A DNA stretch of 64,000 bases from Anaerohalosphaeraceae bacterium (GCA_039679345.1 JBDKVE010000298.1:3221-67220), one strand, 5' to 3'. Numbered from the stretch's first letter, positions 45,875 through 58,460 are shown. Numbers and translations are program-made. Notes: a model not told the origin generated them from the letters alone.

Positions 45875-47869
45875 ATGAGATCAGCAATATTGTCAGCGAT
45901 GGTGTTGGTGGTATCATGCGGGCTTGTACTTGCGGCAGAAAATAGCGTCCCTTCGGACATTCAGCGGGTCTGGCTGGATGACCTGGATTTAAGCAAGGCC
46001 ATTATCGGCTGGGGCCAGATTCAGAAGAATAAATCCGTGGACGGCAAGCCGCTGGCGATTTCGGGCAAGTCCTTTGAACGCGGCGTGGGAACCCATGCGG
46101 ATTCCCGCCTGGATGTGAAGCTTGGCGGCATCGGCGAACAGTTTGAAGCGTTTGTCGGTATTGATGATGAAATCGCTGGGTCGGATCAGGGCAAAGCCGC
46201 TGCCAGTGTGGAGTTTCTGGTGTTTGGCGATGGCAAGCTGCTGTGGCGCAGTGAGGTTATGCGGGCGGGCAATCCGGCCAAGGAAGTCAAGGTTGACATC
46301 AAGGGCGTTGATGTCCTTCGGCTGCAGGTTACCGGCGGCAATGATATCAACTATGATCATGCCGACTGGACCCAGGCTCAGATTACGTATCGTTTGACTG
46401 CGCCTCACACTATAGACGTCGTCATGCCGGCCCCGTATATTCTGACACCCAAAGCCGGCCCGGCTCCGCGGATTACCGGACCGAAGATTTTTGGTGTTCG
46501 CCCCGGAAATCCGTTTTTCTTTACCGTCACAGCAGTTGGCGACAGGCCGATGAAGTTTACCGTGCGCGGTCTGCCGGATGGATTGATACTCAATTCGGAC
46601 AACGGCCAGATTCGCGGTGCTGTGAAAAACGCCGGCGAATACAAAACCACGGTGGTTGCGGAAAATCAGCATGGCAAAGTCGAGCGTGAATTTAAGATTG
46701 TTGTCGGCGATACCATCAGTCTGACCCCCCCGATGGGCTGGAACAGTTGGAACTGCTGGGCCTGTGCGGTGGATGATGCCAAGGTGCGTGCCAGCGCCAA
46801 GGCGATGGTCGATAGCGGACTGCTCAATCATGGCTGGACCTATATTAATATTGATGACTGCTGGATGCGAAAAGAAGGTTCAAAGGACCCGGTGATTGGC
46901 GAGCCGGTGCGGGATAAGGATGGCTATCTTCTGACCAATGGCAAATTCCCCGAGATGAAGGGTCTGACCGATTATATCCATTCGCTTGGATTGAGAGCCG
47001 GGATTTATATCTCACCCGGCCCGAATACCTGCGCCGGATTTATCGGCAGTTGGGAGCACGAACAAAAGGATGCCGAGAAATTTGCGGAATGGGGATTTGA
47101 TTATCTCAAATATGACTGGTGCGGCTATTCGAGAATTGCTCCCAATCCCAATCTGGACGAGTTAAAGAAACCCTATGCCGTGATGCGGGATTGCCTGAAA
47201 AACACCGGGCGGGATATTGTTTACAGCCTTTGCCAGTATGGCATGGGTGATGTATGGAAGTGGGGTGCCGAAGTGGGTGGCAATTGCTGGCGAACCACGG
47301 GCGATATTACCGATAGCTGGGGCAGCATGGCGGGTATCGGGTTCAAGCAGGCCGAACTGTATCCGTATGCAGGTCCCGGTCGATGGAACGATCCCGATAT
47401 GCTGGTCGTAGGCAAGGTGGGCTGGGGACCCAATCTGCATCCGGCCCGCTTGACCGCCGATGAGCAATATACCCATATCAGCCTGTGGTGTCTGTTGTCG
47501 TCGCCGCTGCTGATTGGATGTCCGATTGAACAGATGGACGACTTTACCTACAGCCTCCTGACCAATGATGAGGTTCTGGATGTCAATCAGGATCCGCTCG
47601 GCCAGCAGGCTCGTAGAATTGCCCAGGCCGACGGCATTGAAGTCTGGTCCAAAGCGATGGACGACGGTTCGCGGGCGGTAGGCGTGTTTAACATGAATGA
47701 ATTTGAGACCAGAAAAGGAACAGTCAACTGGAAAGATATTGCGTTTGCAGGCCAGTGCCAGGTGCGTGATTTGTGGCGACAGAAAGACCTTGGCATGTTT
47801 GAAAACGAATTCAGCACGGATGTTCCGCCCCATGGTGTGGTTTTGATTCGGATTATTCCGGCAAAATAA
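45875..47869 (+). CDS. Alpha-galactosidase (GH27) with N-terminal NPCBM-like and Ig-like modules
   Basis: Signal peptide. NPCBM-like: WGQIQKNKSVDGKPLAISGKSFERGVGTHADSRL. Ig-like: LPDGLILNSDNGQIRG. GH27 core: PPMGWNSWNCW, YINIDDCW, YLKYDWCG. Confidence 0.88.
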   Translation: MRSAILSAMVLVVSCGLVLAAENSVPSDIQRVWLDDLDLSKAIIGWGQIQKNKSVDGKPLAISGKSFERGVGTHADSRLDVKLGGIGEQFEAFVGIDDEIAGSDQGKAAASVEFLVFGDGKLLWRSEVMRAGNPAKEVKVDIKGVDVLRLQVTGGNDINYDHADWTQAQITYRLTAPHTIDVVMPAPYILTPKAGPAPRITGPKIFGVRPGNPFFFTVTAVGDRPMKFTVRGLPDGLILNSDNGQIRGAVKNAGEYKTTVVAENQHGKVEREFKIVVGDTISLTPPMGWNSWNCWACAVDDAKVRASAKAMVDSGLLNHGWTYINIDDCWMRKEGSKDPVIGEPVRDKDGYLLTNGKFPEMKGLTDYIHSLGLRAGIYISPGPNTCAGFIGSWEHEQKDAEKFAEWGFDYLKYDWCGYSRIAPNPNLDELKKPYAVMRDCLKNTGRDIVYSLCQYGMGDVWKWGAEVGGNCWRTTGDITDSWGSMAGIGFKQAELYPYAGPGRWNDPDMLVVGKVGWGPNLHPARLTADEQYTHISLWCLLSSPLLIGCPIEQMDDFTYSLLTNDEVLDVNQDPLGQQARRIAQADGIEVWSKAMDDGSRAVGVFNMNEFETRKGTVNWKDIAFAGQCQVRDLWRQKDLGMFENEFSTDVPPHGVVLIRIIPAK

Positions 47870-47899
47870 AAGAGTTTATATACTGATCCTGAATGAAAT

Positions 47900-47985
47900 T
47901 GTCCGTCAGAGGCGCGGCTATGGTCCGTTTCGATGTGTTCAGTGGCCATCCTCGCGGCAAAATGATACTTGTTAAGTATATTAAG
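47900..47985 (+). repeat. Conserved intergenic element, copy 1 (contains palindrome ATACTTGTTAAGTAT at 47965..47979)
   Basis: It aligns with 58620..58700: tgtcc..cagag.cgcggctatg...tttcgatg...atcc....ggcaa....atacttgttaagtata. Confidence 0.6.
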
Positions 47986-48022
47986 ACAATGCAGAATGCA
48001 GAGTCGGTGGAAAGGAATTGTA

Positions 48023-48175
48023 GTGAATCGAGTTTTTGTAACTGGATGTGTGGCTATGGCATTATTACTGTCCGGATGTAAATGCGGATGTTTGATGGGA
48101 ACGAGCCCTGTGGATGATTCCACTCAAACCAGTCAGGTATCGGATGACACCCCCTTCCAGAGCAGCAAAGGATAA
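48023..48175 (+). CDS. Small putative lipoprotein
   Basis: GTG start with SD aagga 6 nt upstream. [19 protein letters not shown] has the lipobox LSGC. 50 aa. The stop lies 2 nt before the folE ATG. Confidence 0.4.
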   Translation: MNRVFVTGCVAMALLLSGCKCGCLMGTSPVDDSTQTSQVSDDTPFQSSKG

Positions 48176-48177
48176 TC

Positions 48178-48768
48178 ATGGAACAAAGTACGAGTAAGCC
48201 GGTGGAGTTGGAACGCATCGAAAAAGCCGTCCTGGAGATTTTACTTGCGGTAGGGGAAAACCCACAGAGGGAAGGCCTGCGTGATACACCCAGGCGAGTC
48301 GCCCGGATGTATGCTGAATTATTGGATGGAATGCGTCATGACCCTTCTGAACATTTAGGCAGTGTCTTTCACGAAAAGTATGATGAGATTGTTCTCTTGC
48401 GGGATATTCCGTTTTACAGTGTCTGCGAACATCACCTGATGCCGTTTATCGGCAAGGTCCATGTGGCCTATCTGCCGGATGGCCAGGTGCTGGGCGTTAG
48501 TAAACTGGCGCGGATCGTCGATATGTTTGCCCGCCGTCTGCAGTTGCAGGAGCGGCTGACCGACCAGATTGCCGATTTTCTGATGAAAAACCTCAAGCCT
48601 AAAGGCGTGACCGTAGTACTGGAGGCCAGCCATAGCTGCATGACTATTCGCGGCATTAAAAAGCCCGGTGCTGTGATGGTCACCAGTGCCCTGCGTGGTA
48701 TCTTCAAGAGTGATCCGCGAAGCCGTTCAGAAGTGATGATGCTGCTGCATGGCAACGAAAGGATGTAA
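48178..48768 (+). CDS. folE: GTP cyclohydrolase I
   Basis: 196 aa. Contains [22 protein letters not shown] and SHSCMTIRG. Confidence 0.93.
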   Translation: MEQSTSKPVELERIEKAVLEILLAVGENPQREGLRDTPRRVARMYAELLDGMRHDPSEHLGSVFHEKYDEIVLLRDIPFYSVCEHHLMPFIGKVHVAYLPDGQVLGVSKLARIVDMFARRLQLQERLTDQIADFLMKNLKPKGVTVVLEASHSCMTIRGIKKPGAVMVTSALRGIFKSDPRSRSEVMMLLHGNERM

Positions 48769-49562
48769 TGCATAAATTAGCCCGGCAAATTCGATTTCAG
48801 ATTGACCCATTTGGGCGAAATGAATATGCCGGCTGGAATTCGTATGCAGCCAGACCCATCACGGAAGGGTTTGGCCTTTACCTGGCCCTTTGGGTGCACC
48901 TGAAATCCAAACTGCATGCGGATACCGGATTTGTGGTCAATGTGTCGAAGATCGACGCGGCGGTGCGGCAGGGAGTCATTCCCCATTTCCAGCGTCAGTT
49001 TACCGAATGGTTCCGGCAGCAGCATACCCCCCCGATGGAGGCGATTTATAAACTTATGCAGGATACCAAAGAGCAACTTGGGCCGGTATTCAAAACATGT
49101 TGCCTCTGGAAACTGGAACTGGAGCTGAATCCCTTTCGCCGGGTAGGAATTCAATGGGAGACAGATGAGATGGTGATCTACACGGAAAAGTTTGAATTTG
49201 CGGCCATGCACAAATTATGGAACGACAAATTCGATGAGAAGACCAATTTCGAGCTGTTTGGCAAATGTGCCAATCCTGCCGGACACGGTCACAATTATAT
49301 CCTGGAAGTATCGGTTAATCCCCCGGCCGGCAAATCAGCCTGGCTGGAGGGATTTGAAAAAACGGTTCGAGACCGCTTTGTAGATATAGTGGACCACAAA
49401 AACCTCAATTTCGATGTACCTGCTTTTTCCCGAATTAATCCGACCGTTGAAAACCTCTCTAAATTGGCATGGAAAAATCTCAAAGCCAAACTCAAGCCCT
49501 GTAAACTCGTTGAGGTCACGGTCTGGGAAAATGACCGGACCTATTGTCGATATAGCGAATAA
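48768..49562 (+). CDS. Tandem-domain 6-pyruvoyl-tetrahydropterin/6-carboxy-tetrahydropterin synthase (PTPS/QueD family)
   Basis: 264 aa. The C-terminal half has GKCANPAGHGHNYILEV (Cys and HGH zinc site). The N-terminal half keeps the T-fold pattern (GFVVNVSKIDAAV) but lacks HGH. Its start overlaps the folE stop (TAATG). Confidence 0.85.
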   Translation: MHKLARQIRFQIDPFGRNEYAGWNSYAARPITEGFGLYLALWVHLKSKLHADTGFVVNVSKIDAAVRQGVIPHFQRQFTEWFRQQHTPPMEAIYKLMQDTKEQLGPVFKTCCLWKLELELNPFRRVGIQWETDEMVIYTEKFEFAAMHKLWNDKFDEKTNFELFGKCANPAGHGHNYILEVSVNPPAGKSAWLEGFEKTVRDRFVDIVDHKNLNFDVPAFSRINPTVENLSKLAWKNLKAKLKPCKLVEVTVWENDRTYCRYSE

Positions 49563-49853
49563 TGAATTGGCGACGTCCGATAAGAACAGTTTTTGTGGTT
49601 GACAAAAAACGAACTATTTTGACAATAAGAACTTAATTCAATTCGGTTAAATATCCGATATTTATGATAGCCTTTCTTCAGTCAAAGAAACAGGATACAT
49701 GAGATACGGATTGGCGAAGGGCTTGAAAAAACACATAACTATTTTAAGCGTAAATCTTTAAGGGGAATCTGTTGTCTTTTTTAGACAACTGACGGGCACG
49801 GAGTGTAAGCTTTTGCAAAACGAAGCCAAAATCAAACAGCAATGGGCTAAATC

Positions 49854-51155
49854 ATGAAAATCACGGTCGTTGGAGTCGGTTATGTTGGATTGGTTGCGGC
49901 AGCATGTCTGGCCGATGGAGGCAACCATGTCATCTGTGTGGATACGGACGAAAAGAAGATCGAAGGCCTCAAGAAAGGCATCATCCCTATCTATGAGCCG
50001 GGTTTGGCCGAAATTGTCGCCCGTAATGAAAAGTCCGGCCGTCTGACCTTTACCACCAATTTGAAAGAGGGTGTGGATAATTCTCTGCTGATACTTCTGG
50101 GGGTAGGGACTCCCAGTGCAGCGGATGGCTCGGCCGATATTTCAGCGGTATTGAGTGCGGCCGGTCGGATTGCTGAAATTATGACCAGCTATAAAATTAT
50201 TGTGACTAAAAGCACAGTACCGGTTGGGACGCACAAGATTGTCAACAAATGGATTCAGTCCAAGACTGAAATCCCGTTTGATTATGTCAGTAATCCGGAG
50301 TTTCTTAAGGAAGGCTCCGCGGTTGAAGATTTTATGAAGCCTGACCGGGTTATTATCGGGACGACCAATCCGGCGGTGATGGAAATCATGCGGGAATTAT
50401 ATAATCCCTTCATGCGGAAAAGCAGCCGAATTCTGTTTATGGACCCGGCCAGTGCCGAAATGGCCAAGTATGCCGCCAATACAATGCTGGCAACCCGTGT
50501 TTCGTTTATGAATGAACTGTCGATGCTGTGTGAAAAGGTTGGTGCCGACATCGAACAGGTTCGGGCCGGCATGGGCAGCGATTCTCGAATCGGCAACGCT
50601 TTCTTGTTTGCCGGGGTGGGCTATGGGGGCAGTTGTTTTCCCAAGGATGTCCGGGCGTTGATTTATATGGGCAATCAGGCCGGCGTGCCGATGTCCATTG
50701 CTCAATCCGTACAAAAAGTCAACATGGACCAGCAGGCCCAGTTTGCCGACAAAATTATCAGTTATTTCAAAGGACAGTCCAATGTCCAGCTTGGCGTCTG
50801 GGGGCTTGCGTTCAAGGCCCGCACGGATGATATCCGTGAATCCCCGGCGTTATTCTGCATCGAAAAATTTCTGTCTGCTGGAATCAAGGTTGTGGCCTTT
50901 GATCCGGAAGCGATGGCTCCGACCCGCCAGAAGCTCGGAGATAAAATTTGCCTGGTGGACAATGGCTATGATGTTCTGGATGGTTCTGCTGCATTAGTGA
51001 TCTTTACTGATTGGCAGGAATTCCGAACCCCGGACCTGGAACAGATTGCCAAGCGGCTGCTGAAGCCGCTGATATTTGACGGCCGCAATCTCTATACCCC
51101 GACATTCGTCAAGCGATTCGGCATTGAATATCATTGTATCGGACGTCCCTGTTAA
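49854..51155 (+). CDS. ugd: UDP-glucose 6-dehydrogenase
   Basis: 433 aa. N-terminal MKITVVGVGYVGLV. Catalytic GGSCFPKD. Confidence 0.92.
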   Translation: MKITVVGVGYVGLVAAACLADGGNHVICVDTDEKKIEGLKKGIIPIYEPGLAEIVARNEKSGRLTFTTNLKEGVDNSLLILLGVGTPSAADGSADISAVLSAAGRIAEIMTSYKIIVTKSTVPVGTHKIVNKWIQSKTEIPFDYVSNPEFLKEGSAVEDFMKPDRVIIGTTNPAVMEIMRELYNPFMRKSSRILFMDPASAEMAKYAANTMLATRVSFMNELSMLCEKVGADIEQVRAGMGSDSRIGNAFLFAGVGYGGSCFPKDVRALIYMGNQAGVPMSIAQSVQKVNMDQQAQFADKIISYFKGQSNVQLGVWGLAFKARTDDIRESPALFCIEKFLSAGIKVVAFDPEAMAPTRQKLGDKICLVDNGYDVLDGSAALVIFTDWQEFRTPDLEQIAKRLLKPLIFDGRNLYTPTFVKRFGIEYHCIGRPC

Positions 51156-51165
51156 GGCAGTGTAA

Positions 51166-52119
51166 ATGAAAAAAATTCTGGTCACCGGCGCGGCAGGGTT
51201 TATCGGGTCACATCTGTGTGAACGACTCATCAGGGATGGTTTGACTGTGGTGGGCCTGGATAATTTCGACCCTTTTTATGATATCGCAATCAAGAAAAAA
51301 AACATTGCCGGCCTAATTCAGTCGTCGCGATTCAAACTGGTTCAAGGGGATATCCGTGACCGAACCCAGGTTGAGGCTGTTTTGCAGAGTGATACGTTTG
51401 ATGCAATTGTTCACCTCGCGGCCAAGGCGGGGGTGCGGCCTTCGATTGCCGATCCGGCCGGCTATGTGGATACCAACCTCAATGGTACAGTGGTCATGCT
51501 GGAAGCGGCCCGTGCGGCGAAAGTGAAGAAATTTATCTTTGCCTCCAGTTCGAGTGTTTATGGGAATAATCCGAAGACACCGTTTTCAGAGACGGATAAT
51601 GTGGATTTTCCGATTTCTCCGTATGCGGCGACTAAAAAGGCCGGTGAATTGATTTGTTATACCTTTAGCCATTTGTATCAGATGGATATGACCTGCCTGC
51701 GATTTTTTACCGTCTATGGTCCGCGTCAGCGGCCGGACCTGGCGATTCATAAATTTGCCCGCCTGATTGAACAGGGTAAACCTATTCCGATGTATGGCGA
51801 TGGCTCCATGGAACGCGATTTTACCTTCATTGATGACATCATCAATGGGGTGGTTGCAGCGATTGAGCGATGCAGCGGCTATCATATTTATAATCTCGGC
51901 GAATCGAGGCCGGTGCGTCTGGATACATTGATTGCAGAGATTGAAAAGGCCCTCGGCAAAAATGCCAGGATTGAATTATTGCCCGAGCAGCCCGGCGATG
52001 TCAAGCGGACCTTTGCCGATGTGGATAGAGCCGTTCGGGAACTGGGTTACTGCCCGAAGACACATCTGGCTGATGGACTGAAACAATTTGTTGCCTGGCT
52101 CAGGCAAGTGCATATCTGA
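51166..52119 (+). CDS. NAD-dependent epimerase, UDP-glucuronate 4-epimerase-like
   Basis: 317 aa. Contains VTGAAGFIGSHL, LDNFDPFYD and SPYAATKKAGE (YxxxK). Confidence 0.8.
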   Translation: MKKILVTGAAGFIGSHLCERLIRDGLTVVGLDNFDPFYDIAIKKKNIAGLIQSSRFKLVQGDIRDRTQVEAVLQSDTFDAIVHLAAKAGVRPSIADPAGYVDTNLNGTVVMLEAARAAKVKKFIFASSSSVYGNNPKTPFSETDNVDFPISPYAATKKAGELICYTFSHLYQMDMTCLRFFTVYGPRQRPDLAIHKFARLIEQGKPIPMYGDGSMERDFTFIDDIINGVVAAIERCSGYHIYNLGESRPVRLDTLIAEIEKALGKNARIELLPEQPGDVKRTFADVDRAVRELGYCPKTHLADGLKQFVAWLRQVHI

Positions 52120-52185
52120 ATGTCGCCATTTGATATGCATAATGCAGGTCCGAATGATGAAATCAATTTTCTGATAGCAAGTGCT

Positions 52186-52220
52186 CAACAACCAACAACT
52201 AAAAACTAAAACCAATAACC
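52186..52220 (+). repeat. G-poor A/C-rich leader tract with ACCAATAACC
   Basis: caacaaccaacaactaaaaactaaaaccaataacc ends 8 nt before the gmd ATG. There is no SD. Confidence 0.6.
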
Positions 52221-52228
52221 GTACCCCT

Positions 52229-53233
52229 ATGAAAAAAGCATTAATTACCGGCATTACGGGGCAGGATGGGTCGTATCTGACCGAGCTACTGCTGGCCAGG
52301 GGCTATGAAGTCTATGGCATCATCCGCCGGGCCTCGACATTCAATACCGACCGGATCGACCATCTCTATCAGGACCCGCACAACCAGCCAAAATTAAAGC
52401 TGATCTATGGTGACCTGACTGACGGCGGCAACCTGTCCACGATCTTAAACGATATCCAGCCCGATGAAGTCTATAACCTCGGTGCCCAAAGTCATGTCCG
52501 CGTCAGTTTCGACCAGCCAATCTATACGGCCAATGTCGATGCCCTCGGGACGCTGCGTCTGCTGGAAGCCCTGCGGATGATGAAGACCCCGCCGCGGTTT
52601 TACCAGGCCTCCAGTTCCGAGATGTACGGCAAAGTGGTCGAAACTCCGCAGACCGAGACCACCCCGTTTTATCCCCGCAGCCCCTATGCCTGTGCCAAGG
52701 TGTACAGCTTCTGGCAGACGGTCAATTACCGCGAGGCGTATAACCTGTTTGCCTGCAATGGCATCCTGTTTAACCACGAATCTCCCCGCCGGGGTGAAAC
52801 CTTTGTGACCCGCAAGATTACCCGTGCCGCGACCCGGATCAAGGAAGGGCTGCAAGATAAGCTCTATTTGGGTAATATTGATGCCAAACGCGACTGGGGC
52901 TTTGCCGGCGATTATGTGGAGGCCATGTGGCTGATGCTCCAGCAGGATAAGCCCGACGATTATGTTGTGGCCACCGGCGAGACCTATTCGGTGCGGCAGT
53001 TCCTCGATGAGGTCTTTGGCCACTTAAATCTGGATTGGCAGCAATATGTGGCGATTGACCCCAAGTATTTCCGTCCGACGGAGGTGGATTTGCTGCTGGG
53101 CAATCCCGCCAAAGCGAAAAAGCTGCTGAACTGGCAGCCAAAAGTCAATTTCAACCAGTTAGCTCAGATGATGACCGAGTCGGATTGGCGGCTTGCCAAA
53201 AAAGAACGCCTGCTCAAAGAGCACGGGCAATAA
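52229..53233 (+). CDS. gmd: GDP-mannose 4,6-dehydratase
   Basis: [22 protein letters not shown].. The [21 protein letters not shown] signature is present. Confidence 0.95.
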   Translation: MKKALITGITGQDGSYLTELLLARGYEVYGIIRRASTFNTDRIDHLYQDPHNQPKLKLIYGDLTDGGNLSTILNDIQPDEVYNLGAQSHVRVSFDQPIYTANVDALGTLRLLEALRMMKTPPRFYQASSSEMYGKVVETPQTETTPFYPRSPYACAKVYSFWQTVNYREAYNLFACNGILFNHESPRRGETFVTRKITRAATRIKEGLQDKLYLGNIDAKRDWGFAGDYVEAMWLMLQQDKPDDYVVATGETYSVRQFLDEVFGHLNLDWQQYVAIDPKYFRPTEVDLLLGNPAKAKKLLNWQPKVNFNQLAQMMTESDWRLAKKERLLKEHGQ

Positions 53234-53240
53234 ACAAAGA

Positions 53241-55223
<1,983 letters not shown>

Positions 55224-55226
55224 TCC

Positions 55227-55889
55227 ATGAGCAATTATTTCGCCCACCAGAGCGCCTGTATTGACCAGCCCTGTACGATCGGGGACGGTACAAAAATCTG
55301 GCATTTTTGCCATGTGTGTGCCGGTGCAATCCTCGGTAACAACTGCAATCTCGGGCAGAATGTCTTCATTGCCGCTGGCGCCGTCATTGGCGATAACGTC
55401 AAGATTCAGAATAATGTCTCCGTCTATGATGGAGTCATCTGTGAGCAGGATGTATTTTTAGGCCCCAGTTGTGTCCTGACCAATGTGACCAATCCCCGCT
55501 CGCAGGTTAGCCGCAAGGGATTATACGAAAAAACCCTGATTCGTCGTGGTGCAACCGTGGGGGCCAATGCGACAATCGTCTGCGGCGTTACGATTGGCCG
55601 CTATGCCTTCATTGCCGCTGGTGCTGTGGTTACCCGGGATGTGCCCGATTATGCCCTGATAGTGGGGGTTCCCGGCCGGCAAAAAGGCTGGATGAGCCGT
55701 CACGGGATTTGCTTGCCAAAACCGGATCAAGACGGGATAATGATATGCCCGGAAAGCGGCTGGCGATATCGATGCGACGAGTCGGGTTTTCTTTACTGTC
55801 TGGATTGGAATGAAGAAAAACCGCTGTCCGCAGATAAAGCAGTCGGAACAGAATTGTATAGAATATTAAAAAATAAAAATGAACGATGA
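55227..55889 (+). CDS. wbpD: Hexapeptide-repeat N-acetyltransferase, WbpD/WlbB-like
   Basis: 220 aa of left-handed beta-helix repeats (IGDGTKIWHF.., IGDNVKIQNNVSV.., GATVGANATIVCGVTIG). Confidence 0.75.
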   Translation: MSNYFAHQSACIDQPCTIGDGTKIWHFCHVCAGAILGNNCNLGQNVFIAAGAVIGDNVKIQNNVSVYDGVICEQDVFLGPSCVLTNVTNPRSQVSRKGLYEKTLIRRGATVGANATIVCGVTIGRYAFIAAGAVVTRDVPDYALIVGVPGRQKGWMSRHGICLPKPDQDGIMICPESGWRYRCDESGFLYCLDWNEEKPLSADKAVGTELYRILKNKNER

Positions 55890-55952
55890 GAATGAATCTT
55901 GTTGAATTGAAGAACTGAATGTAATTCTCAATTCAGATTGTGGAGTATGTCA

Positions 55953-57053
55953 ATGCAGGTTCCATTGTTGGATTTAAAAGCACAGTACGCAACCATTAAA
56001 GACGAAGTCTTGGAACAGATCAATGAGGTTCTCGATTCCCAGCAGTGTATCGGCGGTCCCAAGGTTGCTGAACTGGAAAGCAAAGTCGCCGAACTGTGCG
56101 AATGCAAATATGCTGTGGGTATGTCCAGCGGCACCGATGCCTTGCTGGCCAGCCTCATGGCCCTCGGTGTTGGTCCCGGCGATGAGGTGATTACCACGCC
56201 GTTTACCTTCTTTGCCACCGCCGGCTGCATTGCCCGTGTGGGGGCCAGACCGGTCTTTGTCGATATCGATCCCAAAACCTATAATATTAATCCCTCGCAC
56301 ATCGAGTCGGTGATAACCAAAAAGACCAAGGCGATTATGCCGGTGCATTTGTATGGCCAGGTAGCCGACATGGATCCGATGATGCAGATTGCCGGCCAGG
56401 CCTCACTGGCGGTCATTGAAGATGCCTGTCAGGCAATTTCCGCGACGTATAAGGGTAAAAAGGCCGGTGCCATCGGCACTTGCGGCTGCTTCAGCTTTTT
56501 TCCCAGCAAAAATCTCGGCGGCATTGGGGATGGCGGCATGACCGTCACCAGCGATGAAGATCTGTATAAAATGCTGGTCTGGATGCGGAACCACGGCAGC
56601 GAACCGAAATATTATCACAAATATATCGGCGGCAATTTCCGTCTCGATCCGATTCAGGCCGCAGCGCTGCTGGTCAAACTGCCGCATCTGGACAACTGGT
56701 CTCAGAGGCGTCGTAAAAATGCGACCTACTACACAAAAAAATTCAAAAAGTCCCCCATCCAGACGCCGGTGATTGCTGACGATTGTGAATCGATTTTCAA
56801 TCAGTATGTCATCCGCGTTCCGCGGCGGGATGAATTGATCAAGCACCTGCAGGCCAATAAAATCGGCTGTGAGATCTATTATCCCGTACCGTTGCACCAG
56901 CAGGAATGTTTCGCTTATCTGGGTTACAAATCCGGCGATCTGCCCGAGGCAGAAAAGGCCGCCCGCGAAGTCCTCGCGCTGCCGATTTATCCGGAACTGA
57001 CTGATGAAATGAAAGATTTTGTCATTAAAACCATTCTGGATTTTTACAAATAG
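55953..57053 (+). CDS. wbpE: DegT/DnrJ/EryC1/StrS aminotransferase, WbpE/WlbC-like
   Basis: MQVPLLDLKAQY.. Contains GTDALLASLMALG and FSFFPSKNLG (PLP Lys). The start is taken at ATG 55953 after SD ggag. Confidence 0.8.
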   Translation: MQVPLLDLKAQYATIKDEVLEQINEVLDSQQCIGGPKVAELESKVAELCECKYAVGMSSGTDALLASLMALGVGPGDEVITTPFTFFATAGCIARVGARPVFVDIDPKTYNINPSHIESVITKKTKAIMPVHLYGQVADMDPMMQIAGQASLAVIEDACQAISATYKGKKAGAIGTCGCFSFFPSKNLGGIGDGGMTVTSDEDLYKMLVWMRNHGSEPKYYHKYIGGNFRLDPIQAAALLVKLPHLDNWSQRRRKNATYYTKKFKKSPIQTPVIADDCESIFNQYVIRVPRRDELIKHLQANKIGCEIYYPVPLHQQECFAYLGYKSGDLPEAEKAAREVLALPIYPELTDEMKDFVIKTILDFYK

Positions 57054-57139
57054 ACAATTGTATCTGAGGTTCGAGTAAAGCCGAGCTTCGGAAATTGGAT
57101 TTAAATAGACCATTATTCACATAAAACAGGAGGCTCTCT

Positions 57140-58453
57140 ATGGCGTCACTGGAGCAGAAAGTCGCAAAGAAAAATGTCCTTGTTGGGGTACTCGGCTTGG
57201 GCTATGTCGGTCTTCCGCTGGCACGGGAATTCGCATCTGCCGGCATCAAGGTCCTTGGCTTTGATATCGACGAAAAAAAAGTCAAAACACTCAACTCCGG
57301 CCGCAGCATCATCAAGCATATTCCTCATGAACAGGTTAAAACAATGGTTAAATCCGGCCTGTTTTCCGCCACCAGCGACATGTCGCAGATCAAAAAGCCT
57401 GATGCGATTTTGATTTGCGTCCCTACTCCGCTGACCAAAAACCGCGAGCCGGATATGCAGTTTATCGAAAGTTCTGCTCGTACGATTGCAAAATCCCTGC
57501 GGAAGGAGCAGTTGATTGTCCTGGAAAGCTCCACCTACCCCGGCACGACGCGGGAAGTCATGATGCCGATTTTGGAGCAGACCGGTCTTGTGGCGGGCAA
57601 AGATTTCTATCTGGCTTTTTCGCCGGAACGTGAAGATCCGGGCAATAAGAACTATACCACAAAAACCATCCCCAAGATTGTCGGCGGCCTGACACCCAAA
57701 TGCTGTGAACTGGCCCGGCAGGTGTACAGCTTTGCGATCCAGACCCTGGTGCCGGTCTCCTCCCTGGAAGCGGCGGAAGCGGCCAAGATTCTCGAAAATA
57801 CCTATCGCTGTATCAACATCGCGATGGTCAACGAACTCAAGATGCTCTTTGACCGCATGGGTATTGATGTCTGGGAAGTGATTCGCGCCGCCGCCACAAA
57901 ACCGTTCGGCTATCATCCGTTCTATCCGGGTCCCGGTCTGGGTGGTCACTGCATTCCGATTGACCCGTTCTATCTGACCTGGAAGGCCCGTCAGTACCAC
58001 ATGGCTACCCGCTTTATCGAGCTGGCCGGCGAGATTAATACCGACATGCCGCATTATGTGATTCATCGTACCATGGAGGCCCTCAACAATCGTAAAAAGA
58101 GCCTCAATGGAGCTAAGGTCCTGATTCTTGGCCTGGCCTATAAACCCGATATTGATGATGTCCGCGAGTCACCGTCGCTGGAACTGATTGAATTGCTTAA
58201 AGAGCGGGGCGCCAAAGTGGATTATAATGATCCGTATGTGCCTGCGACGCATAAAATGCGTGAATATGACCTGAAGATGACCAGCAAGAAACTGACGGCA
58301 TCTCTGCTGAAAAGCTATGATGTAGTGCTGATTTCCACCAATCACAGCGATTATGATTATAAGTGGATTGTCAAAAATGCCAAACTGGTAATTGACACTC
58401 GCAATGCCTGTGTTAATGTCAAGGCTGGGCGTAATAAAATCATCAAAGCCTAA
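57140..58453 (+). CDS. wbpA: UDP-N-acetyl-D-glucosamine (or -mannosamine) 6-dehydrogenase, WbpA/TviB family
   Basis: 437 aa. Contains VGVLGLGYVGLPLA and GLGGHCIPIDP. SD aggagg. Confidence 0.85.
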   Translation: MASLEQKVAKKNVLVGVLGLGYVGLPLAREFASAGIKVLGFDIDEKKVKTLNSGRSIIKHIPHEQVKTMVKSGLFSATSDMSQIKKPDAILICVPTPLTKNREPDMQFIESSARTIAKSLRKEQLIVLESSTYPGTTREVMMPILEQTGLVAGKDFYLAFSPEREDPGNKNYTTKTIPKIVGGLTPKCCELARQVYSFAIQTLVPVSSLEAAEAAKILENTYRCINIAMVNELKMLFDRMGIDVWEVIRAAATKPFGYHPFYPGPGLGGHCIPIDPFYLTWKARQYHMATRFIELAGEINTDMPHYVIHRTMEALNNRKKSLNGAKVLILGLAYKPDIDDVRESPSLELIELLKERGAKVDYNDPYVPATHKMREYDLKMTSKKLTASLLKSYDVVLISTNHSDYDYKWIVKNAKLVIDTRNACVNVKAGRNKIIKA

Positions 58454-58460
58454 GACAATT

